DNA of 64,000 bases from Cyanidioschyzon merolae (taxonomy: Eukaryota). Numbering within the stretch: position 1 is the first letter of the stretch; every line of letters begins with the position of its first letter. The DNA is taken from NCBI GenBank assembly GCA_000091205.1, contig AP006501.2, one strand, 5' to 3'. Shown here in pieces: positions 46,096-57,518 of this stretch. The position numbers were made by a program, and so were the translations under genes. The notes beneath the pieces are model-generated. The model did not search any database and was not told the origin of the DNA. It saw nothing but the letters and a program-made list of their open reading frames with translations.

Positions 46096-47041
46096 CGACC
46101 ATATAAATTCCTTTTACGAAACCCGTGCTCAAGTGCGTCTCGAGTCATCTTGATTTCGATGTCGCAATGAATTCCACCAGCAAACATTCGAAGCATCCAC
46201 ACCGACAAGACGACCGAGAATCCCATACCTATATATGAGTCCATAAACTCTTATTGCCGTACTTGGAATGTCATGGATGTACGTTTCAGGAAAAAAAATT
46301 CGAGAGGCCGGCATCTATCTTGAGCAGTTCACTACTGAATTTCAGGCGGACGCGGGTATCGCCACAGGGTCCGGGATTCTATCTGACCAGTTTGTCCAGT
46401 TTTTGACGCATTGCAAATGCTCTTCGAGATCTCCCTCACATCCAGGACAAGCTGCCACTTTCTGGAAAAAACAGACAACATCTCTCTCTGGATCGGCGAC
46501 CTGCGAGACGTTCCCCCCGCGGCGACACAAAAGTGTAACGCAAGAAGCAGATTATACTCTAAGCGTTTCCTGGGAAAAACTTGAGACGCTTTGTCAAGGT
46601 GGCACTATCTGTACTTTTCCTGAAGGGCAGCGTGACCCCCGACGCTCCAGTGAAAGTTGTGGGACGGTGAGTTTGCACTCTAGAGGGGTGCGCGTTCGTG
46701 ATCCGTGCCTCCCCGAGCACGTACCAGTACTCGGCGCTCGAGAAGCGCACTGAACACCAGTCTTGTTCGCGCCTCGAGCCTGATACCAGAGCGAGTTCGC
46801 GGAACCAGCGTGGTGCGCGAAGGGTTGCTCCAGGGTTTCAAGAAGCTGCAAAAGTTCACGCAGAGCCAGGAAGTGGCGTTTGCGTTTGTCCAAGGACAAG
46901 TGGGACAGGTTGTTCTGTTTGCGCCAAAGAGCTGCTGTGCGCCGAGCGAGCGAAACTGTTTTCTCGAAAGTGGCTGCATTATTGGACTAGAAACATACTC
47001 GGGAAAAGCAGCTTCCGGGTCGCGCGCTGCTTCTCTAAACC

Positions 47042-49294
47042 ATGAACGGTGCTGGCGAGATCTTCGACGACCTTACACACTACCGTTTTGCGCAAGCGTT
47101 TGGTGAGCGAGCAACCGCAGAGGTGCCACAGGAAGTGGACCTGATATCAGCCGTTCAGTTCAGTAGAACTGGGGACCTGATCGCGACCGGAGACAAAGGC
47201 GGTCGTGTGGTTATCCTGCAGCGCATTGATGCCGGTCGCGGAGAGGCGTTGCGAAGAGAACAGGTTGCTCGGGCGACGCGTCGATCTCGGTTGGTACAAC
47301 GAGAAACAAGTCGCATCCGAGGTAACAGCAGTAGTTGCTCCAGTCAGGGACGGCTTTCAACTGGTCTGTCACCGGTTCCGATTCCACGTTCACCGCGTAT
47401 CGCCGTGGTGGGCCCCCGCTGGTCCGGCAGCCACAGTAATGGCTCGTATCGACGTGGATCGCTCGACCGGAGTCACCTGTCGAACTGCCACAAGCTGTCC
47501 CGCCTACAAGGCACGCGTGCCCGAGAATCCTACCTAGACGACTCGGGCGGAGAGCATGAGAGCGACTCGAGCGAAAGTAGTGCTAGTGAATCAAGCACCT
47601 CCTCCTCGGATGAGCGGTCATCAGCGGCGAGCACGATGGAAATGGTCTCTCCGCCGGCTGGCGTCAGCCATGGTGCCAACGGCGATGTTGACCTAGAGCT
47701 CAACGAATGTGACGTGCTCATGACGTCGTGTGCGGACGTTGACGACCGTGCCTTTCAGGAGCGCTCGCGAACACACCTCCTCGATGCGCTGCCGGGAATT
47801 CGATCGACTCCTCATGTCCCGCTGGATGACGAGGTCTGGGACGACCGCGAGCGGGCATCCGACGGTCGCAATGCAGATGGAGACGATGGCTTGCGACCAG
47901 ATAGATCACGGATTCCCGCATTTGTACCGGAGTATCGATTCTGGACGCAGTTTCAGTCTCATGAACCGGAATTCGACTACCTCAAGTCACTTGAAATTGA
48001 GGAGAAAATCAATCAAATTCGATGGTGTCGCGATGTATCCGGTGCGTACCGGCTCCTGACTACCAACGATAAGACAATTAAGTTGTGGCGCGTGTTCGAG
48101 CGTCAAGTACGACAGCTTGTGAGTTTCGATAACCAGACTGGCGAAGCCGATACGCGACCAGAATCACATCAAGCGTTGAGGCATCACGATGCGTCTGCAG
48201 ATCCGAGCAGCGCCATCCGGGGTCTCGTAGAGAGGCCTGCAGAGGACTCAAGCGGTCTTGCGTCCGCAGGAATCATTGCGGGTCGCAACGTATGTCTACC
48301 ACGTCTACGCCGCGCCGGCTCTATGGTGATTGCGGTCCCGAAACGGATATTCTCGAATGCGCACGCCTACCACATCAATTCCATATCATTGAATAGTGAT
48401 GAAGAGACCTTCCTCTCGGCAGATGATTTGCGAATTAATATCTGGAATCTAGAAAACTGTAGCACTGGTTTCAATGTCGTGGACATCAAGCCCGAGAACA
48501 TGGAAGACTTGACGGAGGTCATCACTGCAGCGGAATTCCATCCGCATCACTGCAATCTTTTCCTTTACAGCAGCAGTCGCGGTGTTTTGAAACTATGCGA
48601 CTTGCGAGTGCGAGCGCTATGTGATCAGTCGTGTCGCGAGTACGAGGAGCCGGAGGATCCCGCCAATCGCAGTTTTTTCAGCGAAATCATTGCATCCACG
48701 AGCGATGTGACTTTTTCACATTCGGGTCGGTACGTGCTTGCGCGTGACTACATGACGCTGAAGCTCTGGGACATCAACATGGAGAAGCGACCACTTCTCA
48801 CCATTCCCGTGCACGAATCGTTGCGTTCGCGCCTATGCGAACTCTACGAGAACGACTGCATTTTCGACAAGTTTCAGTGCGCTTTCAGCGCGGATGATGC
48901 CAGCGTTCTCACCGGCTCCTACGGGAACCAGTTCCAGGTCTACTCGAGCAAAAGTGGACGAGGCCTCTGTTACGAAGCCAGTGTTGACTTTGTAAGCAGC
49001 GGACGCCCGCCTCGACTGCTCTTTCCCAACGGAATGAGCTGTAGCATTGAAACCATGACCGATGCATCCGGTAGCATGGGCGGGGTGTCGTCGTCGCCGC
49101 CGCTCCTGTCCGCGAGCGGCCTCGGACCAACGATAAGCAGCGGCGTGCCTCCGGAGCCACTGTTGCCCACGCAGAGCCCCAACGCACGAAGGGTACTTCA
49201 CGTCGCAGCGCACCCGCTCGAGAATATTGCGGCCGTCGCTGCAGGTCCTGCGCTCTATCTCTACAACGCCGTCTTGTCACCGTGCTTTCTCTGA
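47042..49294 (+). CDS. protein phosphatase 2A regulatory subunit B (B55/PR55, WD40) with a ~230-aa low-complexity insertion, 750 aa
   Basis: ATG verified at 47042. Conserved B55 blocks are DLISAVQFSRTGDLIATGDKGGRVVILQ, FQSHEPEFDYLKSLEIEEKINQIRW...LLTTNDKTIKLWRV, and the C-terminal VLHVAAHPLENIAAVAAGPALYLY. A stop-free Ser/Asp-rich segment at about 47222-47918 is inserted between the first two blocks. Confidence 0.88.
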   Translation: MNGAGEIFDDLTHYRFAQAFGERATAEVPQEVDLISAVQFSRTGDLIATGDKGGRVVILQRIDAGRGEALRREQVARATRRSRLVQRETSRIRGNSSSCSSQGRLSTGLSPVPIPRSPRIAVVGPRWSGSHSNGSYRRGSLDRSHLSNCHKLSRLQGTRARESYLDDSGGEHESDSSESSASESSTSSSDERSSAASTMEMVSPPAGVSHGANGDVDLELNECDVLMTSCADVDDRAFQERSRTHLLDALPGIRSTPHVPLDDEVWDDRERASDGRNADGDDGLRPDRSRIPAFVPEYRFWTQFQSHEPEFDYLKSLEIEEKINQIRWCRDVSGAYRLLTTNDKTIKLWRVFERQVRQLVSFDNQTGEADTRPESHQALRHHDASADPSSAIRGLVERPAEDSSGLASAGIIAGRNVCLPRLRRAGSMVIAVPKRIFSNAHAYHINSISLNSDEETFLSADDLRINIWNLENCSTGFNVVDIKPENMEDLTEVITAAEFHPHHCNLFLYSSSRGVLKLCDLRVRALCDQSCREYEEPEDPANRSFFSEIIASTSDVTFSHSGRYVLARDYMTLKLWDINMEKRPLLTIPVHESLRSRLCELYENDCIFDKFQCAFSADDASVLTGSYGNQFQVYSSKSGRGLCYEASVDFVSSGRPPRLLFPNGMSCSIETMTDASGSMGGVSSSPPLLSASGLGPTISSGVPPEPLLPTQSPNARRVLHVAAHPLENIAAVAAGPALYLYNAVLSPCFL

Positions 49295-49371
49295 TACCGA
49301 CACGAGCGTCCCCCACGAGTAAACCGCCGGTGTCTATCCGAAACTCTTCGAATCTGGAGCCCGGACGCTGT

Positions 49372-49608
49372 TCACAAAGGAACGTTGAAACCCTCTGCCC
49401 GAAGGCAGGCTTTGTGGGCTTCAATGAGGTCGCGGCACGCTTCTTCACCGCGCTCCGCGATGCACGAGTCGCGAGCCTGCTTTGTCTCTGGACACGCACA
49501 ACAGATTTTCTTTTTAGGCTTCGGGTTCCCGTCGTGGTTACCAGCTTCACTTGCTTCTGCCCTATAAGGTGCGCTGCTCGTTTTTAGATCTGCGTGATCG
49601 TCGTTCAT
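49372..49608 (-). CDS. COX17: cytochrome c oxidase copper chaperone COX17 (78 aa)
   Basis: ATG verified at 49606-49608. It has the COX17 signature [43 protein letters not shown] (CCxC copper site plus twin Cx9C). It lies 78 bp from the B55 stop, tail to tail. Confidence 0.82.
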   Translation of the reverse strand: MNDDHADLKTSSAPYRAEASEAGNHDGNPKPKKKICCACPETKQARDSCIAERGEEACRDLIEAHKACLRAEGFNVPL

Positions 49609-49790
49609 ACCGTTCCAACTCCCTAAGCGTATAGTGCGTCAACGTGAACGACGCTGGAGAGCGCTGCGCAACTCGCTCAGTAGCAACCGTCCCGGTGTGC
49701 GTTTCGTGGAACGCGCACCACTGCAACATATCCACTTTAGTCCATGTTTCTGCTTTTGCAGCTGCTACAACGTGCTCGTTGACTCTCTGT

Positions 49791-49792
<2 letters not shown>

Positions 49793-49832
<40 letters not shown>

Positions 49833-49840
49833 CAGGTGCT
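49793..49840. repeat. (GCT)~15 trinucleotide microsatellite in the divergent COX17 / phosphatase promoter region
   Basis: tcgctgctgctgctgctgctgctgctgctgctgctgctgctgcttc read directly. Confidence 0.9.
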
Positions 49841-50436
49841 CGTTCGTCCTTCATCTGCTACAGCTGCTAGTAATTCATAGGACGATTTGGTCAATTTCCG
49901 CAAGCGACTTGTACGCGGCTTGCGCCAAAACTATGTTGCTTTGGACCTGAGGTCCTGCTGAGGCCGCGTACCCTTCGGTAGCTGGGCGTGGACGTTTTCG
50001 CTGGTACCCGCTGCTCTATTTTATTTTCCAGCAGGTGATTCTTTCATTCCTGCTGTGCGCCAGATAAGCGTTCCGAACCGGTTGCTGTGCCTGCGAGAAC
50101 GGGTGCGTGTTTGCGTGTGCTCTAGGTACAGACGACGCGCGTTTTCGGTTTCTTGGACGGAAGACTGTCGTTGTACGAGCGGTAGCACCTGGAAGCGCTA
50201 TTCAAGACGCGAAGCCGACGTGCCTTTCAGTTTTTTACCGTTGCCGCGCAGTCTGAGGCAACGTCCAGGCTGACACGTGTTTACCGGAACAGACGCGAGT
50301 CTCTTCGGCTCGAAAGCTGCTTCCAGTTGACGCAGGTTTGAATATAGGCAAGGCGGTGTCGCAAGCGATAAGAGACTCGGGCGCAGGTTGTACGAGGCGG
50401 GTCCCGTTGCACCGCTTTCGCACATAGCACAGTACC

Positions 50437-50940
50437 ATGGATGGGGTCTTGATCCCGCCGCTGAACTTTTCCATGGCAGCACCGGGTATCTACCGCTCGG
50501 GTTATCCGAACTCCATGAATCATGCGTTCATGAAAAAGCTTCAGCTGAAAACGATTCTGTACCTCTGCCCTGAGGATTACAGTGAGGCAAACACCGCCTG
50601 GTGTCGCGCGCACAATGTTCAGATTGTTCAATGTGGCATTCTACCGAACAAAGAGCCCTTTCAATTCATACCCGAGGACGTGGTCGCGGATGCATTGCGA
50701 GTGCTCTTGGACTGTCGCAATCATCCGATATTGATGCACTGCAATTCAGGGAAACATCGATCGGGTGTAGTCATTGGCACGCTGCGGAAAATGCAGGGTT
50801 GGAGCCTCACCTCGATTTTTGATGAATACAGACGATTTGCTGGCAGCAAAGTTCGCATCCTGGACCAGCAGTTCATTGAACTTTTTCGTATAGAGTCTGT
50901 GACCTATGATAAAGAATATGCGCCGCGCTGGTTGCGTTGA
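50437..50940 (+). CDS. plant-and-fungi atypical dual-specificity phosphatase (PFA-DSP / Siw14 / Oca family, Tyr_phosphatase_2), 167 aa
   Basis: ATG verified at 50437. It matches the family N-terminus (LIPPLNFSMAAPGIYRSGYP) and carries the catalytic P-loop HCNSGKHRSG and the trailing WSLTSIFDEYRRFAG segment. Confidence 0.8.
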   Translation: MDGVLIPPLNFSMAAPGIYRSGYPNSMNHAFMKKLQLKTILYLCPEDYSEANTAWCRAHNVQIVQCGILPNKEPFQFIPEDVVADALRVLLDCRNHPILMHCNSGKHRSGVVIGTLRKMQGWSLTSIFDEYRRFAGSKVRILDQQFIELFRIESVTYDKEYAPRWLR

Positions 50941-52357
50941 GCGTCAATGAAAAATGGAGCAACTTGGTGAATCCGTTTCGTTCGTTCGGAACTGTGTGGC
51001 CCTCGGTGGCCGCACCTGATCGCACCTCGTCGACTTTTGCTCGGAGCGTGCGCCCCGCACAAACGCCGCATGTGTCAACAACTGCTGTGTCGTACGTGAA
51101 TAGCGCTGCGTTCTTTAATATCAGAATCTGAAGATCGCAGTTATTCGTCTCCGATTGGAGATATGATCCGCGACGCTGCATGTCAAGTAGACAGCGAACG
51201 AGCCTGGTGGATGGGCGTCTATCCGGCGACGGTTCCGGCTTTCCGAACTTGCATCGATTTTCGTATCAAAGATGAAACACCGGCAGTATATGCTTTGTGC
51301 TACTCGAACATGGTGAGGTTGTATCGATTAAAGTTTCGAGGAATGTTCCGCGTAAAACGGCGATATTGCGACAATCGCTCGTAGTGAACATCCAAAGTTT
51401 GGGTCTTCCACGAACCTGCTTACGAATGCGCAGCGAGCCCAGCGCGGGCCAGTGCGCTAATGGAGGCTCGATGTCGCCCTGAGGCTGTGCAGGAGATTTC
51501 TGGCCTGTCTGAAAGGCCACGGAGACTCTGGACGCTAACAGGAAAAGTTGCTACCGCCACGGTCTGGAGCGAAGAATACAGCGGCTCGTTGGATGCATTG
51601 CAAACGACCGGTAAAAGCAGGAGAATTTTGGAAAAGGCGCTTGGTGGCGCGGGCTCGAAATGAATCTGCGGACCTGGGTCGATCCTGAATGAGAGGCATG
51701 CCCCAGTTCAAGCGTATTCTATTGAGGCACGTTGCGAAGCGGACTCGAAGTGAGTCCACGGACACAAGTCGAGGACCAGAAGCGCACCAGTCCTTATTTC
51801 ATTGGATTCGATCGAGGCAACGAGCAAGCTGACGGCCCAGAAGCCCTCGCTGACGTATGCACGGTCTGTCCTGCTCGCTGCCGTAGTATGCGAACCAGGT
51901 GCGCTGTATATCTCGTTGCATAAAACGCACACAACACATGCTTATCGTATCGCTTGTGCGCTCGATAAGTAAACCACGCGATAGATCTATATCTTTGAGT
52001 TCAGCTGCGACCGGACCGAGTCGAGCAGGTCCCCACGGCTGTGATCCAGCCTCTGCACCGAGGTTTCCGTAAACCCCGAGGTACGCGAACGCGTTGCCCT
52101 CGCGGTGACCTGGGATCCGCCTTTGGGTGTGCAAAATGTGCTGTGGAATCCAGATTTACGTATATATGTATATATATGTATATTAATGGACATAACATGG
52201 CTATTATCGACAGGGTTCCGCGTATGACCGCCAACCTGGCCGCGCTCACACAAACGCATGTTCGCGCCCTCCTTGGTAAATGTCGGCAGTATACTGCGCT
52301 CGCACCGAGACGGGTCGACGTAAACGCTTCACGATCTTTCATAGGAAGAAAACGCAG

Positions 52358-53227
52358 ATGCTTACCTCTTTGCACTGGGTCACCAGTTCAATTTGGTGGA
52401 CAGTCCTGGTCCTGCTATTGGCAGCGACGCTCACGAACGCAGCGTCGTCGGTGGATCAGGCCGCGTACCCTCCGCTGGTACCATCACGAGGGCGCACGCT
52501 TGCCGTCACGTTCGATAAGCTGGGCAACGCCTCTGCCGGCGAGAACAGCGTTGCAGATTCCGCGGAGCGTTCCCGAGACGCCGCAGTGTTGCTGTTCCGG
52601 AGACAGGTCCATCCGCCTTGCAAAGAAGCGATTGTTGTACTTGGCGGCAGTGTCAGCGGCGTACCACTTGTAGACCAGAAAACTTCACAGATCGAGTACG
52701 AAGTCGTTAATCTCGGTAGGAACACGGCAACGGATATCCGCATCTATGAATATGACGCCAACTTCCCCGTTGTGGCTTTCGAAAGAAAAAACTGGCCAAA
52801 AGAGAAGACTGGACCAGCCTCTTCCGAACGCCCCGGTGAGTATGTGTTATTCGAGTTGCCGACCTTGTTACCCGGTGAGCGTTTTACCCGGAATCTGAGC
52901 ATCGTCCCACATACCTATAGAGCTGGTGCAGCAGAAGCGGCGTTGTTTGAGGCACCCTCTTTTATAGAGCCAGTGCACGTGTATAAGCTGCACCCCGCAA
53001 GGCTCACCTACCGGATCGGTAAACAAGGTGCGCAGCGAACCGGCTTTAGTTCTACGGAAAGTTATCTGGTGGTGGAGAGCGCTCGCGGCTTTGATCGTCG
53101 AGCCCTGTGGCATCCCAAAGCCTGGGTGGTCTACCTCGGAGGCGTGGGGCTCCTCGGGGTTGTTCCCTGGATGAGCGCCTATTTTGGCACCAAGCAGGCC
53201 GGGGCGCGTCCGCCTCGGACGACATAG
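52358..53227 (+). CDS. translocon-associated protein subunit beta (TRAP-beta / SSR2)-like type I membrane protein, 289 aa from signal-peptide ATG
   Basis: The listed ORF begins at ATG 52280, but the ATG at 52358 opens a signal peptide (MLTSLHWVTSSIWWTVLVLLLAATLTNA). The lumenal domain has SSR2-like blocks (LVDQKTSQIEYEVVNLGRNTATDIRIYEYDANFP against [37 protein letters not shown]). An FDRR motif sits just before the C-terminal transmembrane helix, as in SSR2. Confidence 0.45.
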   Translation: MLTSLHWVTSSIWWTVLVLLLAATLTNAASSVDQAAYPPLVPSRGRTLAVTFDKLGNASAGENSVADSAERSRDAAVLLFRRQVHPPCKEAIVVLGGSVSGVPLVDQKTSQIEYEVVNLGRNTATDIRIYEYDANFPVVAFERKNWPKEKTGPASSERPGEYVLFELPTLLPGERFTRNLSIVPHTYRAGAAEAALFEAPSFIEPVHVYKLHPARLTYRIGKQGAQRTGFSSTESYLVVESARGFDRRALWHPKAWVVYLGGVGLLGVVPWMSAYFGTKQAGARPPRTT

Positions 53228-56200
53228 CATGGTCCGTTGAGAGGCCAAGAGCCAGACTGAGAATTACAGTTCGAGTATGCCCTTCAAACGTTGACGTGGA
53301 GATTTGTCAAGTTCCGATATATGCCGCTGTGTATTGCACGTGTAGTCCGACGTTGGACGAGCAAAATTCCTCACGGTGATTATCAGATTACACTGAATTT
53401 GCGCGATTCCATAAACAGGTGGTGATGCTGTCAACCAGGGGCGCGACGTTGGCGCTCACAAGTCGTACCCGGAGCGTCTTCGCCCTGGGAGTGCTCAAAA
53501 CGGAGCGAAAGTTCGCGCATAGAGACAGTCTGTGAGCCAGAACTTTTTGAAATGACGGACTGAGGCGGGCCACGCAGTTGCTGCAGGCGACATCAATGCA
53601 GGGCAGCAAGCGCTGAGACTTGCCATCGTGATTCAAGGCCGAACATGGATCCACGGTACTTTTCGGGATCCTCGATCAAGGCCCATTCGAATATATCGTC
53701 GATCCATTATTCGTTATCGGTGGGTATTACCACTTACAGTCCACTGGCTTGTGCTGGGTTTACGCTAGTCGACCTGTCGCCATTGCCTGGTGATAGCGCA
53801 TTCTAAACGGGTGACTGCAGACACAGTGGCCCTTTTGCTGGCACCAACGACGCTGTTTCGGGCATACTGCGAACGTGCACCCATTGACCAGCAGAGCGGG
53901 AACGTTGCATGATCGCATTGTGATCACCGAAAGCAAGTCTGAGTTGCTGCTAATGGCAAACACAGGGGATCTGAAGCGGAATGGTCAGAGAGTCCCCGCG
54001 ACGCCGATACTAATCTCGCACTCGGGGATCCCTGTTTGTAGTCTTTCACAACAATGGTGTTCCACTTTCAGGTCCGTGTCACGAAACGCTTTTTCGCGGT
54101 TAGTAGCAGAAGCGTTCGGGGTGCATTCATTTTGAAGAAATGAAAAATCGGATGGAAAGGTTTGGCCGTGCAAGTCGAGGATCCCAGAGGGCGGACATCG
54201 CCTGGTCGCGGATAAAAGAGGAGAATTCCTCTTCTCGCTGGCCATCAAGCGAAGAAGAGCCAGTGACGAAGAAGCAGTTGGCGGCAGATACGCGAGAAAA
54301 GGTGTTTGTCCGACGCGATGATGACGAGACTATTGTGGCATAGAGTGGACGAGTTCCAGCAATGCTTGCATTGGTGCGTACCACCAATGCCCATGCCTGC
54401 ACGGCGTTCGTGAACTGGTACGTCAACGCCGCCATCAATTATCAGGAGGTGTGCGGTGCTGAAGATGAGACCCGAGCAGCTGACGCGATCCACGTTTATG
54501 GGACAGCCTCTGAGACTCGTACTTTGCTGGGATAAAACCTGAAAACGATAGCAGGTGGCAGGTCAAAAAACTGAACGGACTTGAGTCATCGTGGCGGTCG
54601 CCTCCACTGGAGGGCGGGTCACAGCTTTGCGCGAATGGAGCACAGACGGATCGACGTGTCTCGACTTGATCTCCAGCCGGGATTCTCCGTCCGCTACTTG
54701 TTTCATCGTGGACAATATCGTGTTCCACGAATGCTTCATCAAATGGAAAAACGAGTGCGTACGTGTACAGCAGACAGACTACTCACCAAAAGGATCGTCC
54801 AGAACAAGTCCGTGATCATCGAGTACAGCACTGGGCGCGGAAACCGAGGACTACATTGAGGTGAGCCTTCTGTACCCGTCCATGGCTTGTAATGAGCGAT
54901 GAAGTGAGCGTTCACGCGCCACAGGGCAGCACTCGGAGGAGCATGTATGCGGGACGTGTATGGGACCACCGGACTGGCGTCAGGTGTCATCGTTGCGACA
55001 GCCGCACCGATACCCCGGAGAAGCAAGATGAAAATGGCATGCGAAGCGCAGATCGCAACGTCCTCCTGTGCCTGGAATGCCTCGCGAACAGCCGTAATCG
55101 TCGAAATCCGGACTTGGACGCCGCTTTTAACATCCTTTGACCGCGATCAACGGAACTGGAGCGTGAGATCCGTGCGTTAAAGTCTAGATATAAAGGAGAG
55201 CACAAGACAGTCGTTCCAAAAAAAGCCGCAAAAACCTGATATGTACCAGACTAGATAGAGACCCAAACCAAAGTCTGTTTGCGCGACTTGGGAAACCTGG
55301 TCTATTCTATATTCACATGGATGGAAACGTTCAGGAATATGGATCGGCAGCGAGAACGATCTCGTGGGAACCGCACCTCACGAGACGCAGAGAGCAGTCC
55401 GCTCGAGTCGCGCTGCACGCTCACAACGACGATGCAGATGCTCAGAGCGGACTCGGGTTGACATGACTCGAGCCCTGTACGCCCTCTACGCCTATCTCGC
55501 ACAGAGATGCCCGCAACCTAATCAGGGTCATCCACTCCATCGCGCGAAACGCCCATGAATTTCTCGACCAGATTTGCTTCGATCGCTTCAGTATCGCTGG
55601 CTCGTTCGCGTGCATCACGGAACGTCTTCATTTTCTGCGGGTATGCATCGCACGAGCGGGGACTGCGGTTATCGGGCCGCTCCTACTCTCCATTTTATCG
55701 CAAAGGCGTCCTGTCACCGTGCGTCGAAGGCTGCAGAACGCACAGTGCCGGCTGCAACTGCCTCTGTTGCGCTCGGCAAGCGCCCATTCGCTTCATCCAC
55801 GAAACCCCTGTTCCTAGAGAGCGTTCTGGACTGGGTGTACTGGACCTTCAAGACGTCTTTGGCAAATGCACGATCGCTGCCCTCGTGACCCACATCGTTT
55901 GCGCATTCGGGAGCGTCTGACTCCATGCATTCATTCCGCGAAACGTTAGACCAGGTACCTCAATCGATGCGTATGATACCAGGCGATGGCCAATAACAAC
56001 GTCCTTCTAAGCGATGAGGTCTGCGCAGACACCGCACCACGGCTGGAGCACGTGCATCCTACAAACACATAGACATGCGACCAGGTGCTTTTGCCGCGAA
56101 ACAATCTCGTAACTGCCTTGCAGCGTTCATTCGTTCCTTCGCTGGGTAGCGACGCTCGCTGTAGCTTACAGGGTGCGTTGGGTCTGATTTCGGCAGGTGA

Positions 56201-56428
56201 AGCAGGTTATCTACCAGTTTGGGTTTGTCTGGTTTGGTCTCCACGGGAGGCAAGCCCGGGGCCTGTTCCGCCAAGCGCACCTGGAAGAGGGTCCGTGGTT
56301 GGGCACGGAGGGCGCTCCCGAGGTCACTACGGCACGGTTGTGGATCGCACGACTACATTTGAGCGTTTGCCAGCGGACCCTGCGAAGCCGGTAAACCTCT
56401 CGCCAGAATCAGACCGACAGCTGACTCC

Positions 56429-57514
56429 ATGGGGTCGCTCAGCTCCTGGTTTGCCGCGCCACGCGCACTTCGGTGGACCCGTCTCTGGCTCACGCTGTTG
56501 ATCGTTTTACTCGGGGTGCACCTTCGGACAGATGCGGCACTACCTGTGGCAGAAGTTGCCAGCGGTGACGGCACCTCGGAGAGCGGGAGCTCTGGAACGC
56601 AACCGAACGTGCCTGTACGTGTTCAGCTTCCGTTGGAAGCGAAACGGCAGTCGCTCGAGCGAGAACGCGCTGAACTCCTCAGAGACGCCCAGCTTGGCCG
56701 CCTTAGCCTCCGGGATCCAGCAGTCCAGGAAAAGCTGCGCAAGCTGAACGAGGGCTTGCTCCGATTGCAACCGTTGATACGGAGAAACCCTGCAAATGCG
56801 GAGAGCGAACAACGCCCGAACTCGGGGCCGCCTCCAGACCACGGAACCCAGTCCGGGGAGCATCGACATCGACCACATGAGCTCGGCGAGGAACTCGCCA
56901 TCGAGTGCTTGACACCGGACCTCAGCAGCTGGGAACCGATGCAGTGTCGCAACCAACAAGATCCAGTTGTTATTCGCTTTGGTCTGGATACGGATTTCCA
57001 GTGCAGCTGGCCACTCGAGAGCGATGCTGCATACACACTCTTGCGTGATGCACTAGCCATGCAGCGCGCTATTCACTGCCGTGTGCCGCTGGACAACGAG
57101 CTATCCGCGGGACACTTGCGTTTTTTCGCTCCAGTAACGATCACGCTCTGGGGCATTGCCGAGGGCTCTCATCTCCATGTGAATACTCATGTGAACTTCG
57201 TTTTCCATGCCCACCGGGGATACATTCTAGGTGCAGCAGCGTATTCTGTGCGAGATCATTTTCAGATTGTACAGCCTGGTGGTGTACTACAGCTTCATGG
57301 CAAAGTTCACTGGTTTGACGGCCACGCGTTTGTGCCGTACGTTCACGAACCTTTCCGCCTGCCGCCAGCGGCGGCGCGTCGTCTGACCAGTGCCGTACTG
57401 GCATTGTGGCTTTCAACGCTCGTGCTCAGCGGAGTCGTGTTCACGCTATTCTACAAGAAAGTACTGAAAGTGCGTTTGATTCGTCGACTTGACCCCACGT
57501 TTAAAGCTGAATAG
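56429..57514 (+). CDS. hypothetical membrane protein (N-terminal signal/anchor, C-terminal TM helix), 361 aa
   Basis: ATG verified at 56429. It has an N-terminal hydrophobic segment (LWLTLLIVLLGV) and a C-terminal helix (LALWLSTLVLSGVVFTLF), and no recognised family. The stop is TAG at 57512-57514. Confidence 0.4.
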   Translation: MGSLSSWFAAPRALRWTRLWLTLLIVLLGVHLRTDAALPVAEVASGDGTSESGSSGTQPNVPVRVQLPLEAKRQSLERERAELLRDAQLGRLSLRDPAVQEKLRKLNEGLLRLQPLIRRNPANAESEQRPNSGPPPDHGTQSGEHRHRPHELGEELAIECLTPDLSSWEPMQCRNQQDPVVIRFGLDTDFQCSWPLESDAAYTLLRDALAMQRAIHCRVPLDNELSAGHLRFFAPVTITLWGIAEGSHLHVNTHVNFVFHAHRGYILGAAAYSVRDHFQIVQPGGVLQLHGKVHWFDGHAFVPYVHEPFRLPPAAARRLTSAVLALWLSTLVLSGVVFTLFYKKVLKVRLIRRLDPTFKAE

Positions 57515-57518
57515 GTCT

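Noticed and set aside
54140-54343. 67-aa basic ORF with a verified ATG (MKNRMERFGRASRGSQRADIAWSRIKEEN...) in the otherwise gene-less 53.3-56.4 kb interval
   Set aside because: It is short, has no recognisable family and low complexity, and cannot be distinguished from chance. The interval may instead hold an ncRNA or regulatory sequence that I cannot identify from sequence alone.
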